From contig NC_043004.1 in NCBI RefSeq assembly GCF_006345805.1, positions 88,846,001 through 88,910,000 on the forward strand: DNA of 64,000 bases, in the 5' to 3' direction. Below are positions 27,936-39,920 of this stretch, one piece after another; position 1 is the stretch's first letter, and each line of letters starts with the position of its first letter. A model generated the notes under the pieces. It saw only the letters and a list, made by a program, of their open reading frames with translations. It made no database searches and was not told the origin of the DNA. The DNA comes from Octopus sinensis. Its lineage: Eukaryota. The position numbers and the translations under genes are program-made.

Positions 27936-28829
27936 GTAAGGCTGATGGGAAAGCAGAATCGTTAGAATGTCACAAAAAATTCCTAGCAGTATTATCTCTA
28001 GCTCTTTATGTTACGAGCCCAAATCGATTCTGCCTTTGAACCCTTTGGTTATCTGTATTTGTTGAGATGCAATTACAGCAGAATTAGAATAAAATCAGAT
28101 TATGCAATAGAAGGAACTTTATAATGTAAAAATTACCGTGCCCACATATTTGACATACGTATAGTTTAAAAAGAAAACAGAATGTATACTTCAAAGCCAG
28201 GAGAAACAAAATTGCGACAAGAGATAACATGCGGTAGATAATTGCAGCTTATCAATACTGCGGACAGGAGTCACTTCCGAATGTTTCATGATATGCTTCT
28301 GATAGGGTTTGATAGAAAGACAAGAAAACTTAAGCTCTGTGTGGTAATCAACTATTTCCCGTGGTCAGCTTTGAGTCCTGCACTTCTCAATCAGAGCCGA
28401 GAGTGTTTTTCCATTTCTGTATTTATTTCTACCGTCACCGTTCTTGGTAGATATTTGCCTTACAGAGTAGTTATTTGCCAATATCACAACGTATTTTCTT
28501 ATCCAATATTCTCTTTAACTTTTAGTACTTTAGTATCTTCTTTAGTGGTTTCTCCATTCTACATACTGCTGTCTCTTATCTTAGTTTGTTTCAGATTTTT
28601 TGGCTTCCTAAAAGATAGAAAACAGTTTCTATTTATTTTTTGTTCGTTCAGTTTTGCTTTTCGTAACAGTTTTTCCTTAGTTTTCAGTAGATACTTATTT
28701 TTACACTCCAGCTATAGGTAATATTATGATAATATATTAGTTGAAGAAAATCCCTTACACCCCATATAAATATATATATTGTATTTTTTTATTGCATTAC
28801 TGAGCTTAGCTTCGTAAATATTGGATATG

Positions 28830-29125
28830 TGCAGTGATTTATTTTCTTTATGGTTTTGTATTTTTATTGTACTAGCGGTACATTAAGTGATATGTGTTCC
28901 GTGCCTAGTAATGACATTTTATGTATTTTGTGCATACATATAAGCCCTAAGGTCTTGGTTATGCATTTTTTATTTCTTTATTTTTGTGCATATCTTCATG
29001 TAATTCCCGAGGCGCCTATTAGTTTAGGAATTGTTTTTCCTTTCAGTCCCTTCATTTTATGATAGTTTTCTCTGTTTCCATTTCTTTATATTTGGATCAT
29101 TTTTCCATTTCTCTTAGAAATACCA
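28830..29125 (-). mobile_element. Decayed RLE LINE 3' fragment
   Basis: TIPKLIGASGI...IHKMSLLGTEHISL motif. Confidence 0.55.
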
Positions 29126-29129
29126 AGTG

Positions 29130-29243
29130 GTTTCTGGTTCATTACCACTGCTCAGCACCTTGGACAAGTATTTTTTCTGCTATAGCCCCAAGCTGACCAA
29201 AGTCTTACAAGTGGATTTATTTGATACATGTATGCTAGATAGT

Positions 29244-29340
<97 letters not shown>

Positions 29341-29555
29341 GTGCCTACGTGTTTTTGTTTGTCACGCACACTTGCGCGCGCACACGCAGCTTAACAAGCA
29401 GAGTCGCTTTAAGTTCCTCTCCCTCAACTTAACGGTTCGCTAACAGAACTGATAGAATATATACAATACTCAAAAAATATGAATTTGTAATGAGGTCAAT
29501 CCATTCGCCAAAACCCTTCAAGGCAGTACCCCAGTGACTGAAACAAGTAAAAGTG
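29130..29555 (+). mobile_element. SINE family A, degenerate, interrupted by (GATA)n
   Basis: CORE-like part at 29130-29222, tail cagtgactgaaacaagtaaaag near 29533-29555. Confidence 0.55.
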
Positions 29556-29574
29556 AGATGTGATTGGTACTAAA

Positions 29575-29770
29575 TTAGGATGCACGTCTTTTCCTGGAAG
29601 TACCTGATCACGAACCAAACAGCTTTGATCTTCCTGTCTGAGTCGATTGCCAGATCCCAAAGAATACGCGTTTTATCTGGTCCTTTCCCATATCCATGGC
29701 TTGGTCTCGGTTTTAATGGCGTATATATTCTCTGCTGGACGGGGCGCCGGTCCATCGCAGCGTTACTCAT
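29575..29770 (-). mobile_element. RLE LINE endonuclease-region fragment
   Basis: KTRILWDLAIDSDRKIK, the ILWD..I..D..I motif that precedes the PD catalytic site. Confidence 0.55.
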
Positions 29771-29910
29771 TTTTGCCAGCTGAGTGGACTAGAGCAACGT
29801 GAAATGAAGTGCTTTGCTCAAGAGCACAACGCGTCGCCCGGTCCATGAATTGGAACCTCAATCTTACGATCATGAGTCCAAAACCCTAACCATTAAGCCA
29901 CGTACCTTCA
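29764..29910 (-). mobile_element. SINE family D
   Basis: Diverged reverse copy. Confidence 0.7.
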
Positions 29911-30245
29911 TTCTTTTTCTACTTGTATTTCATAATGCTGGTATTATTTTCAGTGAATAAACACCCTATATGCACCATGACTAAATGTATTCACTTGACT
30001 AAGACAAAGCAGAGATAGAAAAATGGTCGCTTCTACATGATCTCTATTAATATGCTAATGTTATTCAATGTTATTCTGCTTCATTATATGTAACAAATGA
30101 TTTTGTGCCGGAACAAAGAATTCTATAGTCTCCGGTTTCCGTCTGGCACTTCTCGGCCAGTAATGTGACTATCCCCTTTTTTGTGTTGTTTTTTTTTTTT
30201 TTCACTGTTCAGTATTTCTCCTATTATTTTTTTTTTTTACATTAT

Positions 30246-30460
30246 TAAGGCTGCGGGCTGGCAGAATCGTTAACATATCGGGAATATTGCTTAGTGGCAT
30301 TTCGACCTTCTTTACGTTCTGAATTAAATTCCGCCGAGGTCGACTTTGTCTTTCGTCCATTCGTGGTTGATAAATTAAGTACCAGTGAAACACTGGGGTC
30401 AATGCAATCGACTAGCCCCCTACCCCAAAATAGCTGCCCTTGTGGCAAAATTTGAAACCA
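30246..30460 (+). mobile_element. SINE family B
   Basis: Head-to-tail similarity to 26255-26464. Confidence 0.85.
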
Positions 30461-30492
30461 TTATTATTATCATCATCATCATCATCATCTTC

Positions 30493-30539
<47 letters not shown>

Positions 30540-30569
30540 CATTATTATTATTATTATTCAGTGATCTTA

Positions 30570-30720
30570 TCTTTATCTCGTGCTTTCACTGCACTACCTA
30601 GCGCAGCTCTATGTGTCTTGGGTGTGCGCTGTGGTTTGTTGTGGTGCTCTTATTTTCACTGTATTGAGAATGTTTTACGTAGGGTGTGTACGGTGCCTAG
30701 TAGTGCTTATTATTATTATT
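30570..30720 (-). mobile_element. RLE LINE terminal fragment and 3' UTR in (TAA)n
   Basis: ALLGTVHTLRKTFSIQ* with the UTR shared with 31920-32030 and 32378-32510. Confidence 0.65.
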
Positions 30721-31268
30721 ATTTCTCTCTTTTGTTTTGCCTTTTTTTACACTGGGGTAAAATATAGGAAACCCAGTATACCCATCATGATTACCCGTCT
30801 GATAAGGGTACACCAAGCACATGCATCACAACCATATGTGCGCAACATGATCTCATATCAAAATAAACAGCGCATGACCTTGCAGGTGGGGCTACCTTAG
30901 AATTTTCTCCAGGTTGAGTAGCCCATCCCTCTCAAAAGGTCCCTGAATAAGGGTTGTATAAGGATGATGAACAAAACACCCATGTTTCCAAAGGTGAATT
31001 ATTCAAACCCCAAAGAATTCCTCTCAACACACGGCTATGATGCTCCCCCACTACTTCTGTTCGTGATCAGAGATGCACTTATCGTCAGCCACTAAAGGAC
31101 ATGGTCAACTGGGTAAGATCAAACAACTGACAAGCAAATCTGTGGTGTTGAGCAGAATATTTGCTGTAGCCAATCTTTTATGCAAAGACAAAACAATGCA
31201 CACGATAACACTTCCAATCAGTTAAGATGAGAAGCCATGAAAGCCACAGCCTGGTACTGCATCAGGAC

Positions 31269-31301
<33 letters not shown>

Positions 31302-31354
31302 CATCATCATCAGTAGCAGCAGCAACAGCATTATCATCATCATTATTACTATTA

Positions 31355-31401
<47 letters not shown>

Positions 31402-31429
31402 GAAATTGTTGTTTTTGCTCTTATTACAG

Positions 31430-31582
31430 CTCCTCACACCATTCTGGCTGTGAAGTTTTTCTTACGGAGACACACGGGATTCTTCCTCATCCAGGTTTAT
31501 ATCCCGTGTATTCTGTTAGTAGTCCTTTCCTGGGTATCATTCTGGATCAACCGAGAAGCGACGTCGGACCGCATTGCACTGG
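31430..31582 (+). CDS. Internal exon (153 nt, phase 1-1) of the same subunit; end of loop C, pre-M1, M1 and start of M2
   Basis: Acceptor gtttttgctcttattacAG|ct, donor ctgG|GTGAGT. Translates (T)PHTILAVKFFLRRHTGFFLIQVYIPCILLVVLSWVSFWINREATSDRIAL(G), a typical GABA-A/GRD M1 and M1-M2 linker. Confidence 0.95.
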
Positions 31583-31699
31583 GTGAGTACATCTTATAAA
31601 ATATTAAACCGAAGAAGAAAAGAACAGTTAATACAGAAACATGTCGATGATTATTATTACTATTTAATTAAGAGGAATATTATGCTGAAGTTTGATAAT

Positions 31700-32030
31700 A
31701 ATAAATCTCTTTTAAATCTCGAGAATCTTCCTGGGTTTCCGTCAGAATACAGAATGGTATTTTTCTGCAGGTCGACAGTGATCGCTCCAATATCCTTCAG
31801 CCTCGTTGGTAGCTTTTTGTGTGTTGTGCCGGATGCACCAATTACTGCAGGAGTAATTTTTACATTTGCGTAAATTTGTCGTCCTTGTGCCAAAATAAAA
31901 AAAGACTTTTTACTAAAGAGCGCCCTTCTGTGTGTCTTAGGTATGAGCTGTGGTTTGTTTTAGTGCTATTTTCCCTGTATTGATAATGCTATCGTAGAAT
32001 GCGTACGGTACCGAGCAGTGCTATTTTCTG
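31700..32030 (-). mobile_element. Two RLE LINE 3' remnants immediately downstream of the M1 exon
   Basis: NVKITPAVIGASGTTHKKL...LQKNTIL, plus a second IQKIALLGTVRILR end and UTR matching 30570-30720. Confidence 0.6.
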
Positions 32031-32044
32031 TATGTGTGTGTGTT

Positions 32045-32082
<38 letters not shown>

Positions 32083-32086
32083 ATAT

Positions 32087-32124
<38 letters not shown>

Positions 32125-32131
32125 CACACAC

Positions 32132-32211
<80 letters not shown>

Positions 32212-32377
32212 ATAGATAAGTCTTGGAGTTGGGGTTATGTATTTATCTGTATGTCTTTAACCATACCTAATACATATCTATTATTACAAGGAAATTTCTG
32301 TCTCAAGGCTCCACATCTTTATATTATTATTATTATTATTATTATTATATTATCAGTAGTTTTTATTTTTATAGCGT

Positions 32378-32715
32378 GCTTTCACTTCACTACCGAGCGC
32401 AGCTCTGTGTGCCTTGGGTATGTGCTGTGATTTGTTGTGATGCTCTGATGGTTATTGTATGGAAAGTGTTCTGCGTAGGATGTGTGCAGTGCTAGTAGTG
32501 CAATTTTCTGTATGTTATATGTGTTTGTAAGTCCTGGTGTTTTTGTGTATGTATTTGTCTGAATATTTTTTTATCATGCCTAATGCACCTACAATGATAG
32601 GAATTGTTTCTGTTTTCAGGTTCCACATTCTAGTTACCTCTATTCCAGGTCTTTGTATTTGAGAGTTTCTCCATTTCTTTAGAGACACGTTGTCATCTGC
32701 GTATTGATATATCAA
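32378..32715 (-). mobile_element. RLE LINE 3' fragment with 3' UTR
   Basis: EVTRMWNLKTETIPIIVGALGMIKK, then a tail ending in (TAA)n at 32330-32350. Confidence 0.75.
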
Positions 32716-32758
32716 TTAGATCCTTATTATTATTATGATTATTATTATTATTATTATT

Positions 32759-32791
<33 letters not shown>

Positions 32792-32883
32792 ATTATGCAT
32801 TCCCAGATTACACACGCAAATTCACGGTAAAATATATATTAAAAAAAATAAATAAATAATAAATTCATGAATGTATGTTGTTT

Positions 32884-33145
32884 TCACAGCGATAATGCTC
32901 TTCTCAGTACATGAGCCGTTCCAGTTAATACGATTTTTTGCACTTCCTCTAGGGATGGTAAGCCTGGTATCATTTTCAAATAGGTTTCAGTACCTTTTTT
33001 TATCATTCCTAGAGATCCTACAATCACTGGTACTGTAGTCGCCTTGAGATGCCACATTTTTTCCATTTCTATTAGCAAGTCTTTATATTTGCTGATCTTG
33101 TCAAATTCTTTCGCCGATATATTGTGATCGCAAGGAATACTCATT
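32884..33145 (-). mobile_element. RLE-type (R4/Dong-like) LINE 3' fragment flanked by (TAA)n
   Basis: IPCDHNISAKEFDKISKYKDLLIEMEKMWHLKATTVPVIVGSLGMIKK...LTGTAHVLRRALSL*, the end of a restriction-like endonuclease domain. Confidence 0.85.
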
Positions 33146-33197
33146 ATTATTATTATCATTATTATTATTATCATTATCATATTATTATTATTATTAT

Positions 33198-33613
33198 TCT
33201 CTTTACTCTTTACTCTTTTACTTGTTTCAGTCCATTGACTGCGGCCATGCTGGAGCACCGCCTTTAGTCGAGCGAATCGACCCCGGACGGACTGTCTTTG
33301 TAGCCCAGTACTTATTCTATCGGTCTCTTTTGCCGAACGCTAAGTGACGGGACATAAACACACCAGCATCGGTTGTCAAGCAATGCTAGAGGGACAAACA
33401 CAGACACACCAAACATACACACACCACACACACATATATATATACATATATACGACAGGCTTCTTTCAGTTTCCGTCTACCAAATCCACTCACAAGGCAT
33501 TGGTCGGCCTGGGCTAGAGCAGAAGACACTTGCCCAAGATGCCACGCAGTGGGACTGAACCCGGAACCATGTGGTGGTTAGCAAGCTACTTACCACACAG
33601 CCACTCCTGCGCC
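33198..33613 (-). mobile_element. SINE family A
   Basis: Full-length reverse copy. Confidence 0.9.
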
Positions 33614-34047
33614 TTATTATTATTATTATATTATTATTATTATTATTATTATTATGATATTTAGTGCAAACTGATAAGGAACTAATTTTTGGTTGTTTCT
33701 GACAGCTCTGAAAATTGTGGATAATTTTCACAGTTTCACTGTGAATAAAATTGTTTTCTTCGGTAAGATTATCACAAAAAAAGATATCCTCAAAAAATAG
33801 AGTTTATGCTTAGAAGAAAGTAAATGTTCCTAAATGTTTTCTTTTTCTTTTCTTTTCTTATTTTTTTTGTTGTTGCTTCGGAAATTTTGTAAACAATGGC
33901 TTCCACATAAATAAAAGATGATACGCCCCCGAAACACAAAAAGCGAAAGCGAATAACACTCAACATTTACAGAAAATAAATGAAATAAATGGAAAGGAAA
34001 AGAAATAAATGAAAAAGTTTTTTTATAACATATATATAAATACATAC

Positions 34048-34092
<45 letters not shown>

Positions 34093-34439
34093 AATTTGTC
34101 ACAATATATATCTGTAAAAAAATATTGATATAATGAAATAAAAAAGTAATGATTTTATTAACGATAATGGCAGCATATACACAAAAACTTTATCGAGTAA
34201 TGGTGCTGTCAGATCAGAAATATTTTATTTATTTTTGTGTATAAGCGTCTCAAGTTACACACAAAACTTCGATGTGGGTGATGTTGTATAAATGAGGTCA
34301 GTATGGCAAAGGTGTTTAACCATGAAACATGCTATTTTTCCTGAAAACGTTGTTCAAGAGGGGAGAAGAAAAGTATGTATCTATATTTTACTCACTAGGG
34401 ACACACAGACTTTTCAGCATTCTTAAAACAGCACCCGCA

Positions 34440-35460
34440 AGCAGTTCCGATTGACGTGTGGAAAACTGTTGTTTCAATTTATCGAGGTAAAGCGTGCGGA
34501 CCTGTATGTGTGTTTGTCAGAAATGAGAACGAAAGAAGCAAACAGAACATTCACTTGGGTCAGAGTTCGAAGGGCGATGAAGCAAATGAGACGGAGTCAA
34601 AGGATGTTGATAACAGCTGTTTCTTGGCAACGTCATCAGCTTGCGTCGCATTTTGAGTGAGTAGTTGGTGCTGAGTTCACGAAAAAGACATGTATCTAGG
34701 CGCTGTTGCAATGGACATACACGTCTTTAGAACCTCGCGAAAGCCACTATACTATCCTGGAACTGTTCCCAGTCGTGATCGAAAAAGGAAAGGTGATGGG
34801 ACAAGCAGTGTAAAGTAGAAAGCTGGGTTACTACACATGTGGCACAAGAGTGGACGGGCGATGAGGCAAGATGAGACAGCAATCATACACCTACTCACGC
34901 ACTGACGCCATAATATCAGATGCCGCATTACATGGCTCAGTATGAAGGGCTGGCAGTGAACTTTGGCTCGTCGTCATCTTTGTCCTATAGTATGAGCAGG
35001 TGGTCAGAGGCAAGATAACCAGGAATGGCATGTTACTACCGGATAGGATCTCAATTTGTATTCATTAACCTCCGAAAACTAAACTTATTCCTGAACTGTG
35101 CTCCGTCGAGAATGCAGAAGAAAAGGACATGAGACTAGTGGTACAAGGCAGAAAGCCTACATATTATATGTGTGATAGTAAGAGAACTTTCTTCCCGGAA
35201 GAACAGGTAAAGCAGAGGAAAGAGCAACAACAACAGCAGTAGCAGGTCCTAGAAACTGTTTTATCTTCTGCGCCAATGGCTGGAATTACGAGGATAGCAG
35301 GAAAACAATCAACTCATCCTGAATCCCAGAAACAAAAAGGTTATGGACCGTCTCACACATCTACAACCATTAGTACCAACACATCATTACAAGACACTAG
35401 AAGAATGGGAAGATGAAAGGCAATATGCTCCCTACACCACTTAATCCCACTCATTCACTG
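34440..35460 (+). other. Relatively GC-rich decayed coding-like block, possibly a LINE ORF1 (gag-like) remnant
   Basis: Segment DMRLVVQGRKPTYYMCDSK loosely resembles the region before an ORF1 zinc knuckle. Many stops; assignment tentative. Confidence 0.3.
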
Positions 35461-35919
35461 TAATATGATCCCTGAAGACAGAGATACCTTAAATTCTACA
35501 ATGTCCTTGGTTTGCCCCATACCGTTTCTGCCAGATAGATTCATAAAACTTCAAGTCCGGCTCTTCACCTTATCTTATTCACTTTCGATAAGTACATTAG
35601 TAGCACTTTACATCGGAACGAAATTTGAGACTTTTAGACAGAATGGTAATGGATTTGTTCATTAAATATTAAAAATAATTTCATCGCCATTACCAAAGTT
35701 TCAAGAATCAGAACGCAATTATGAAACCTTTATTTGATAATAGTAAAAAGAAGGAGGAGGTAGTAGGAGGAGGAGGAAATAATAATGATGATGATATTAA
35801 TATTGATCATAAACCATAACAATAGAAGCAAGAAATGCAACACTAGCTGCAACAAAAACAGCAGTAGCAACAACAACAACAACAACAACAATAATAATAA
35901 TAATAATAATAATAATAAT

Positions 35920-36120
35920 TCTTTCATGGGAAGATTATCCACATAGATAACGGGATCAACACTAACTGACCGGATATTGTTATCAGTAACCATCAGAAAA
36001 GGAAGCGCCTCCTACTTGACGTAATAAGTCCAAATAAAAGGCAAATGTATCTCTTAAATGAAATGGAGGAATTACCAAAATAGAAGAACTGCAAATAGAG
36101 ATAACAGGGTGTAGGGATTA
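35920..36120 (+). mobile_element. RLE LINE fragment after (AAC)/(AAT)n
   Basis: IHIDNGINTN*PDIVISNHQKRKRLLLDVISP, a PD-I-V...LLDV motif. Confidence 0.55.
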
Positions 36121-36929
36121 TGATGGAAAATAATATCCCTATGAAGAGATCCGTGAGAACAACACTCACTCTAATTAAATTTTTAGTAATTGATTATTGT
36201 TACTTGGCACGGATGCGACACAAACGTCGCACTAACAAATTTCTTTGCCCACTCAAAGCAAAAATTAGAGGAAATTTTAATAATAATGAAATTATTGTAT
36301 ACGGTGCCCAGGTTCACCACAACTTGTCAAAAGTGCGTATAAAGCATATGCAGTAATGTACAAATGTGTGGAAAGCGAACAGTGTATGAGTTAGATACAT
36401 GCTTGCGTGTGTATGTAGGGGAGAAAATCAGGTGTAGTGTTGGCGGGTAACAACTGATGCCGGCAGTTTGTGTGAGAGTTCATTTGTTTTTTGGGGTTTT
36501 TTTTTAATATTCCAAACAAATAAATCACCAAAACTTTAAGACTTAAAGCTATGTACAGCATACAGAAAATAGCACGATTAGGCAGTGCACGTATATTGTC
36601 TAGAGTAATAGAAAAGACAATTAAAAAAAAAAACGTTTGCATTTCTCGCAAGGCTCACAGAGTAGTTTTCTCTGTTGCAAAAAAGAGCAAGTCAAGAATT
36701 AAAACTACTGAGTAATTATGATTATTATTATTGCTTTCATTATTATCATCTTCCAATTCTGTTTCTATTTCTTGCTGAGTGTCTTCCTGACACCTAGGAT
36801 AGAGGAACGCACTGTATATACTGGTAGGCCATTAAAATAAACACACCAGGTTGTTCATTTACAAAGTCATGTTAGAGAAAAAGGGAAAAAAAGACAGAGA
36901 GAAAAAGGTAAAAATAATAAAGTAAACAC

Positions 36930-37350
36930 AGGCGTGGGAGCGGCTGTGTTTGGCAAGTAGCTTACTTACCAAACACATTGTTCCGGGTTCAGTCCCACTG
37001 CGTGGCACCTTGGGCAAGTGTCTTCTACTATAGCCTTGGGCCGACCAAAGCCTTGTGAGTGGATTTGGTAGACGGAAACTGAAAGAAGCATGTCGTATAT
37101 ATGCATATATATGCTTGTATGTGTGTATATGTTTATGAGTCTATTTTTGTGCCCCCCCCCCCCAGCATCGCTTGACAACCGATGCTGGTGTGTTTACGTC
37201 CCCGTAACTTAGAGGTTCGGCAAAAGAGACCGATAGAATAAGTACTAGGCTTACGAAGACTAAGTCCTGGGGTCGATTTGCTCGACTAAAGGCGGTGCTC
37301 CAGCATGGCCGCAGTCAAATGACTGAAACAATTAAAAGAGTAAAAGAGTG
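36930..37350 (+). mobile_element. SINE family A
   Basis: Full length. Confidence 0.9.
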
Positions 37351-37387
37351 AAAGAGAAAATAAAGGAGGAAAAATGGAAAGAAAATT

Positions 37388-37545
37388 CACAGCAACAATG
37401 CTCTTCTCGGTACGTATGACGTACCAGTTTTAGACAACATTTTGCAGTTCCCACAGGATGGTAAGTCAGGGATCATTCTTAAATAATTTTCAGTTCCTTT
37501 TTTGATCATTCCAAGTAATACATGACTTATTGCTTTTGTAATAGA
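37388..37545 (-). mobile_element. RLE LINE 3' fragment
   Basis: Nucleotide similarity to 32884-33010 (gcaacaatgctcttctcggtacgtatg...gttccttttttgatcattcc). Confidence 0.65.
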
Positions 37546-37653
37546 GAAAGCAACTTCTTAAACCTTGCGATAAATGTAAACGTTTTGTTTTGGTTTTGTA
37601 TTTTTCATTTGTATTTTTTATTACTCTAGACAATATACGTGCAGTACCTAATT

Positions 37654-37690
<37 letters not shown>

Positions 37691-37794
37691 CATATACTGG
37701 CCGCAAGGGCCCACACCTAGAGCAGAAAACGCCATGCAAACTAGATTGCAAAGCGTATGGTGATGTACATACATATGCATACGTATGTACATAC

Positions 37795-37827
<33 letters not shown>

Positions 37828-37832
37828 TATAT

Positions 37833-37894
<62 letters not shown>

Positions 37895-37902
37895 TATATA
37901 TA

Positions 37903-37937
<35 letters not shown>

Positions 37938-39006
37938 AAGGTTAGCTGGGTTAGAGGTTGAATAACCGTCTAAAGGATAGAGGGATCCATTATGCTACCG
38001 GTATATTACCTATGTTTAACCATGGGCATACATATGCCAGCATATTATGCTCATAAATTATAGATAAAGACAAGGATATACATGAGTTTATCAAGAATCA
38101 AAATTTAAAGAAAACAGAAAATGGAGAAATACTGATGAACAACTTACATCAATTATTATTTATTAATTCAATACAAATAGACTACAGTCTCTTTGTATTG
38201 AAAAATAATTTATGTAAGTCAATTGTTGTTCATCAATATTTCTCCACTTTCTCTTTTCTTTATATATACATATCTATATAATTTAATATACACAGTATTT
38301 AGATTCGAGCGACAATTAGTTTCATACTGTAAAAACACGATTATCGGACAAGCTTGCATAGCTAGCCGTATGTTTCCAATGAATCTTGCAGAGCCAAATA
38401 TACAACATGGCTGGTCTCCTTTTCGAAAAGACGTGAAAGGACGATCTGTTTGCGAAAACATCGAGAAAGACACTGGTCATTGAGAAAACACGGAAAGGGC
38501 GAGAGGAAGGTAAATGAAAAACGTGGAATGAAAGAAACGAAATATAAAGTTTAGAGCTACACCCTTTAGCCCGTTCGAATCAAAAGTATTATTGTTGGTA
38601 CAAATTAATTCAACGGTAAGATCAAATCTTGTGAGACTGCATGCTTAATCCGGAATGGGTGAAATTTTGAGGTCGGAAAAAAAAAACATTTCCATGACAA
38701 CCGACGACTTGGTGTTAAAAAAAGACACCAACCACATAGCCTACTGTCTCGTCCATATTTCCATCAGCTACGACGGAATACGATTATATACGAACCCGTT
38801 TGCTTCGATTCCTCCCGCCCTCGTTTGCATTTTCCTCCTACTCCGACGACCACGGCGGCGACGTTTTTTACTAAATACGTTCTCTTACTTATCTCTTGTC
38901 TATAAGCCAGGGTCTGGGCTAACTGTGTGTGTGGGCATGCGTGCGTCATTATAGACAAGTCAATTGATACGAAAGAAACTATAAATTCGGAAAAGAGAAA
39001 TGAAAA

Positions 39007-39050
<44 letters not shown>

Positions 39051-39362
39051 ACACACACACATATGGAAGGAGAGAAATACTTGTCAACTTTGAGGTGAAG
39101 TGCTGTCATAACATTTGAATTATTAGTCATTCACTCATCGACACATCAACGGTTTCCCGCGACTATAATCTCATCCGCCGTCGAAACTTACTAACTACAT
39201 TTCCATAATGAATATTTTGATCAGTTACATTGACAAATTGATTGATTTAGTGTAATAATAACTTTACGTTCAGTTTTAGAAGGGAAGGAGTATTTCGCCT
39301 GACCCTCTACGTCTCTCTTGTGTATATGTTTGTATGTGTCTTCTGTATAGGTGTATGTGTGT

Positions 39363-39397
<35 letters not shown>

Positions 39398-39886
39398 CAT
39401 ATTCTGTTGTGTCTGGGGAGAGTCATTCTCTTTTAGTGCCTTATTATTTAACACACTCACCGGTAAAATATCCACTTCTTTCTTATTTTTATTTTCTAAA
39501 ACTTTCGTTGCGTCTTGCAACCTTTTCAATAGTCTTGACTCTGTCCGTTATTTACACTGCGTTATTTACGCTGTGTTTCGAGTTCTATTTTTCCTGTTTG
39601 CATACCCTGTTTGTATATATATTCGTTATTCTTCATCTCTGCCTGCGTGGATTGTTTTCGAGTACTTTATTTTTCTCCGGGAATCTCTTTTTAAAGTAGA
39701 GGAAATAGCTAAGATTCTCTGGCTGCTATTTCTAAACTTCGGTACGTGGTAACGCAAATCTTTGCTGAACCCTAATTATAAAATATTATTTAAGTTTACC
39801 GAGAAGTGGTCCCTTTTCATGCCGCATTCTACTTGGTGAAATTATTGATTACTAGTTAATTAATTAATTTTACCCTTTGTTATTAT

Positions 39887-39920
<34 letters not shown>

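Noticed and set aside
31240-31270. Minus-strand TGCAGTACC resemblance to the U2 snRNA 3' region
   Set aside because: The match is about 9 nt with no flanking U2 similarity.
31237-31429. Poly-Ile 5' part of ORF 31237-31599 as an N-terminal extension
   Set aside because: It is an (ATT)n tract; a canonical acceptor at 31428-31429 defines the real exon start.
34608-34640. Minus-strand CTGATGA...GAAA-CAGCTG-TT
   Set aside because: Helix II is only 2 bp and there is no helix I; compatible with chance.
38223-38483. 86-aa ORF with ordinary composition as a candidate M2-M3 exon
   Set aside because: No TTVLT or hydrophobic helix, and no suitable donor site.
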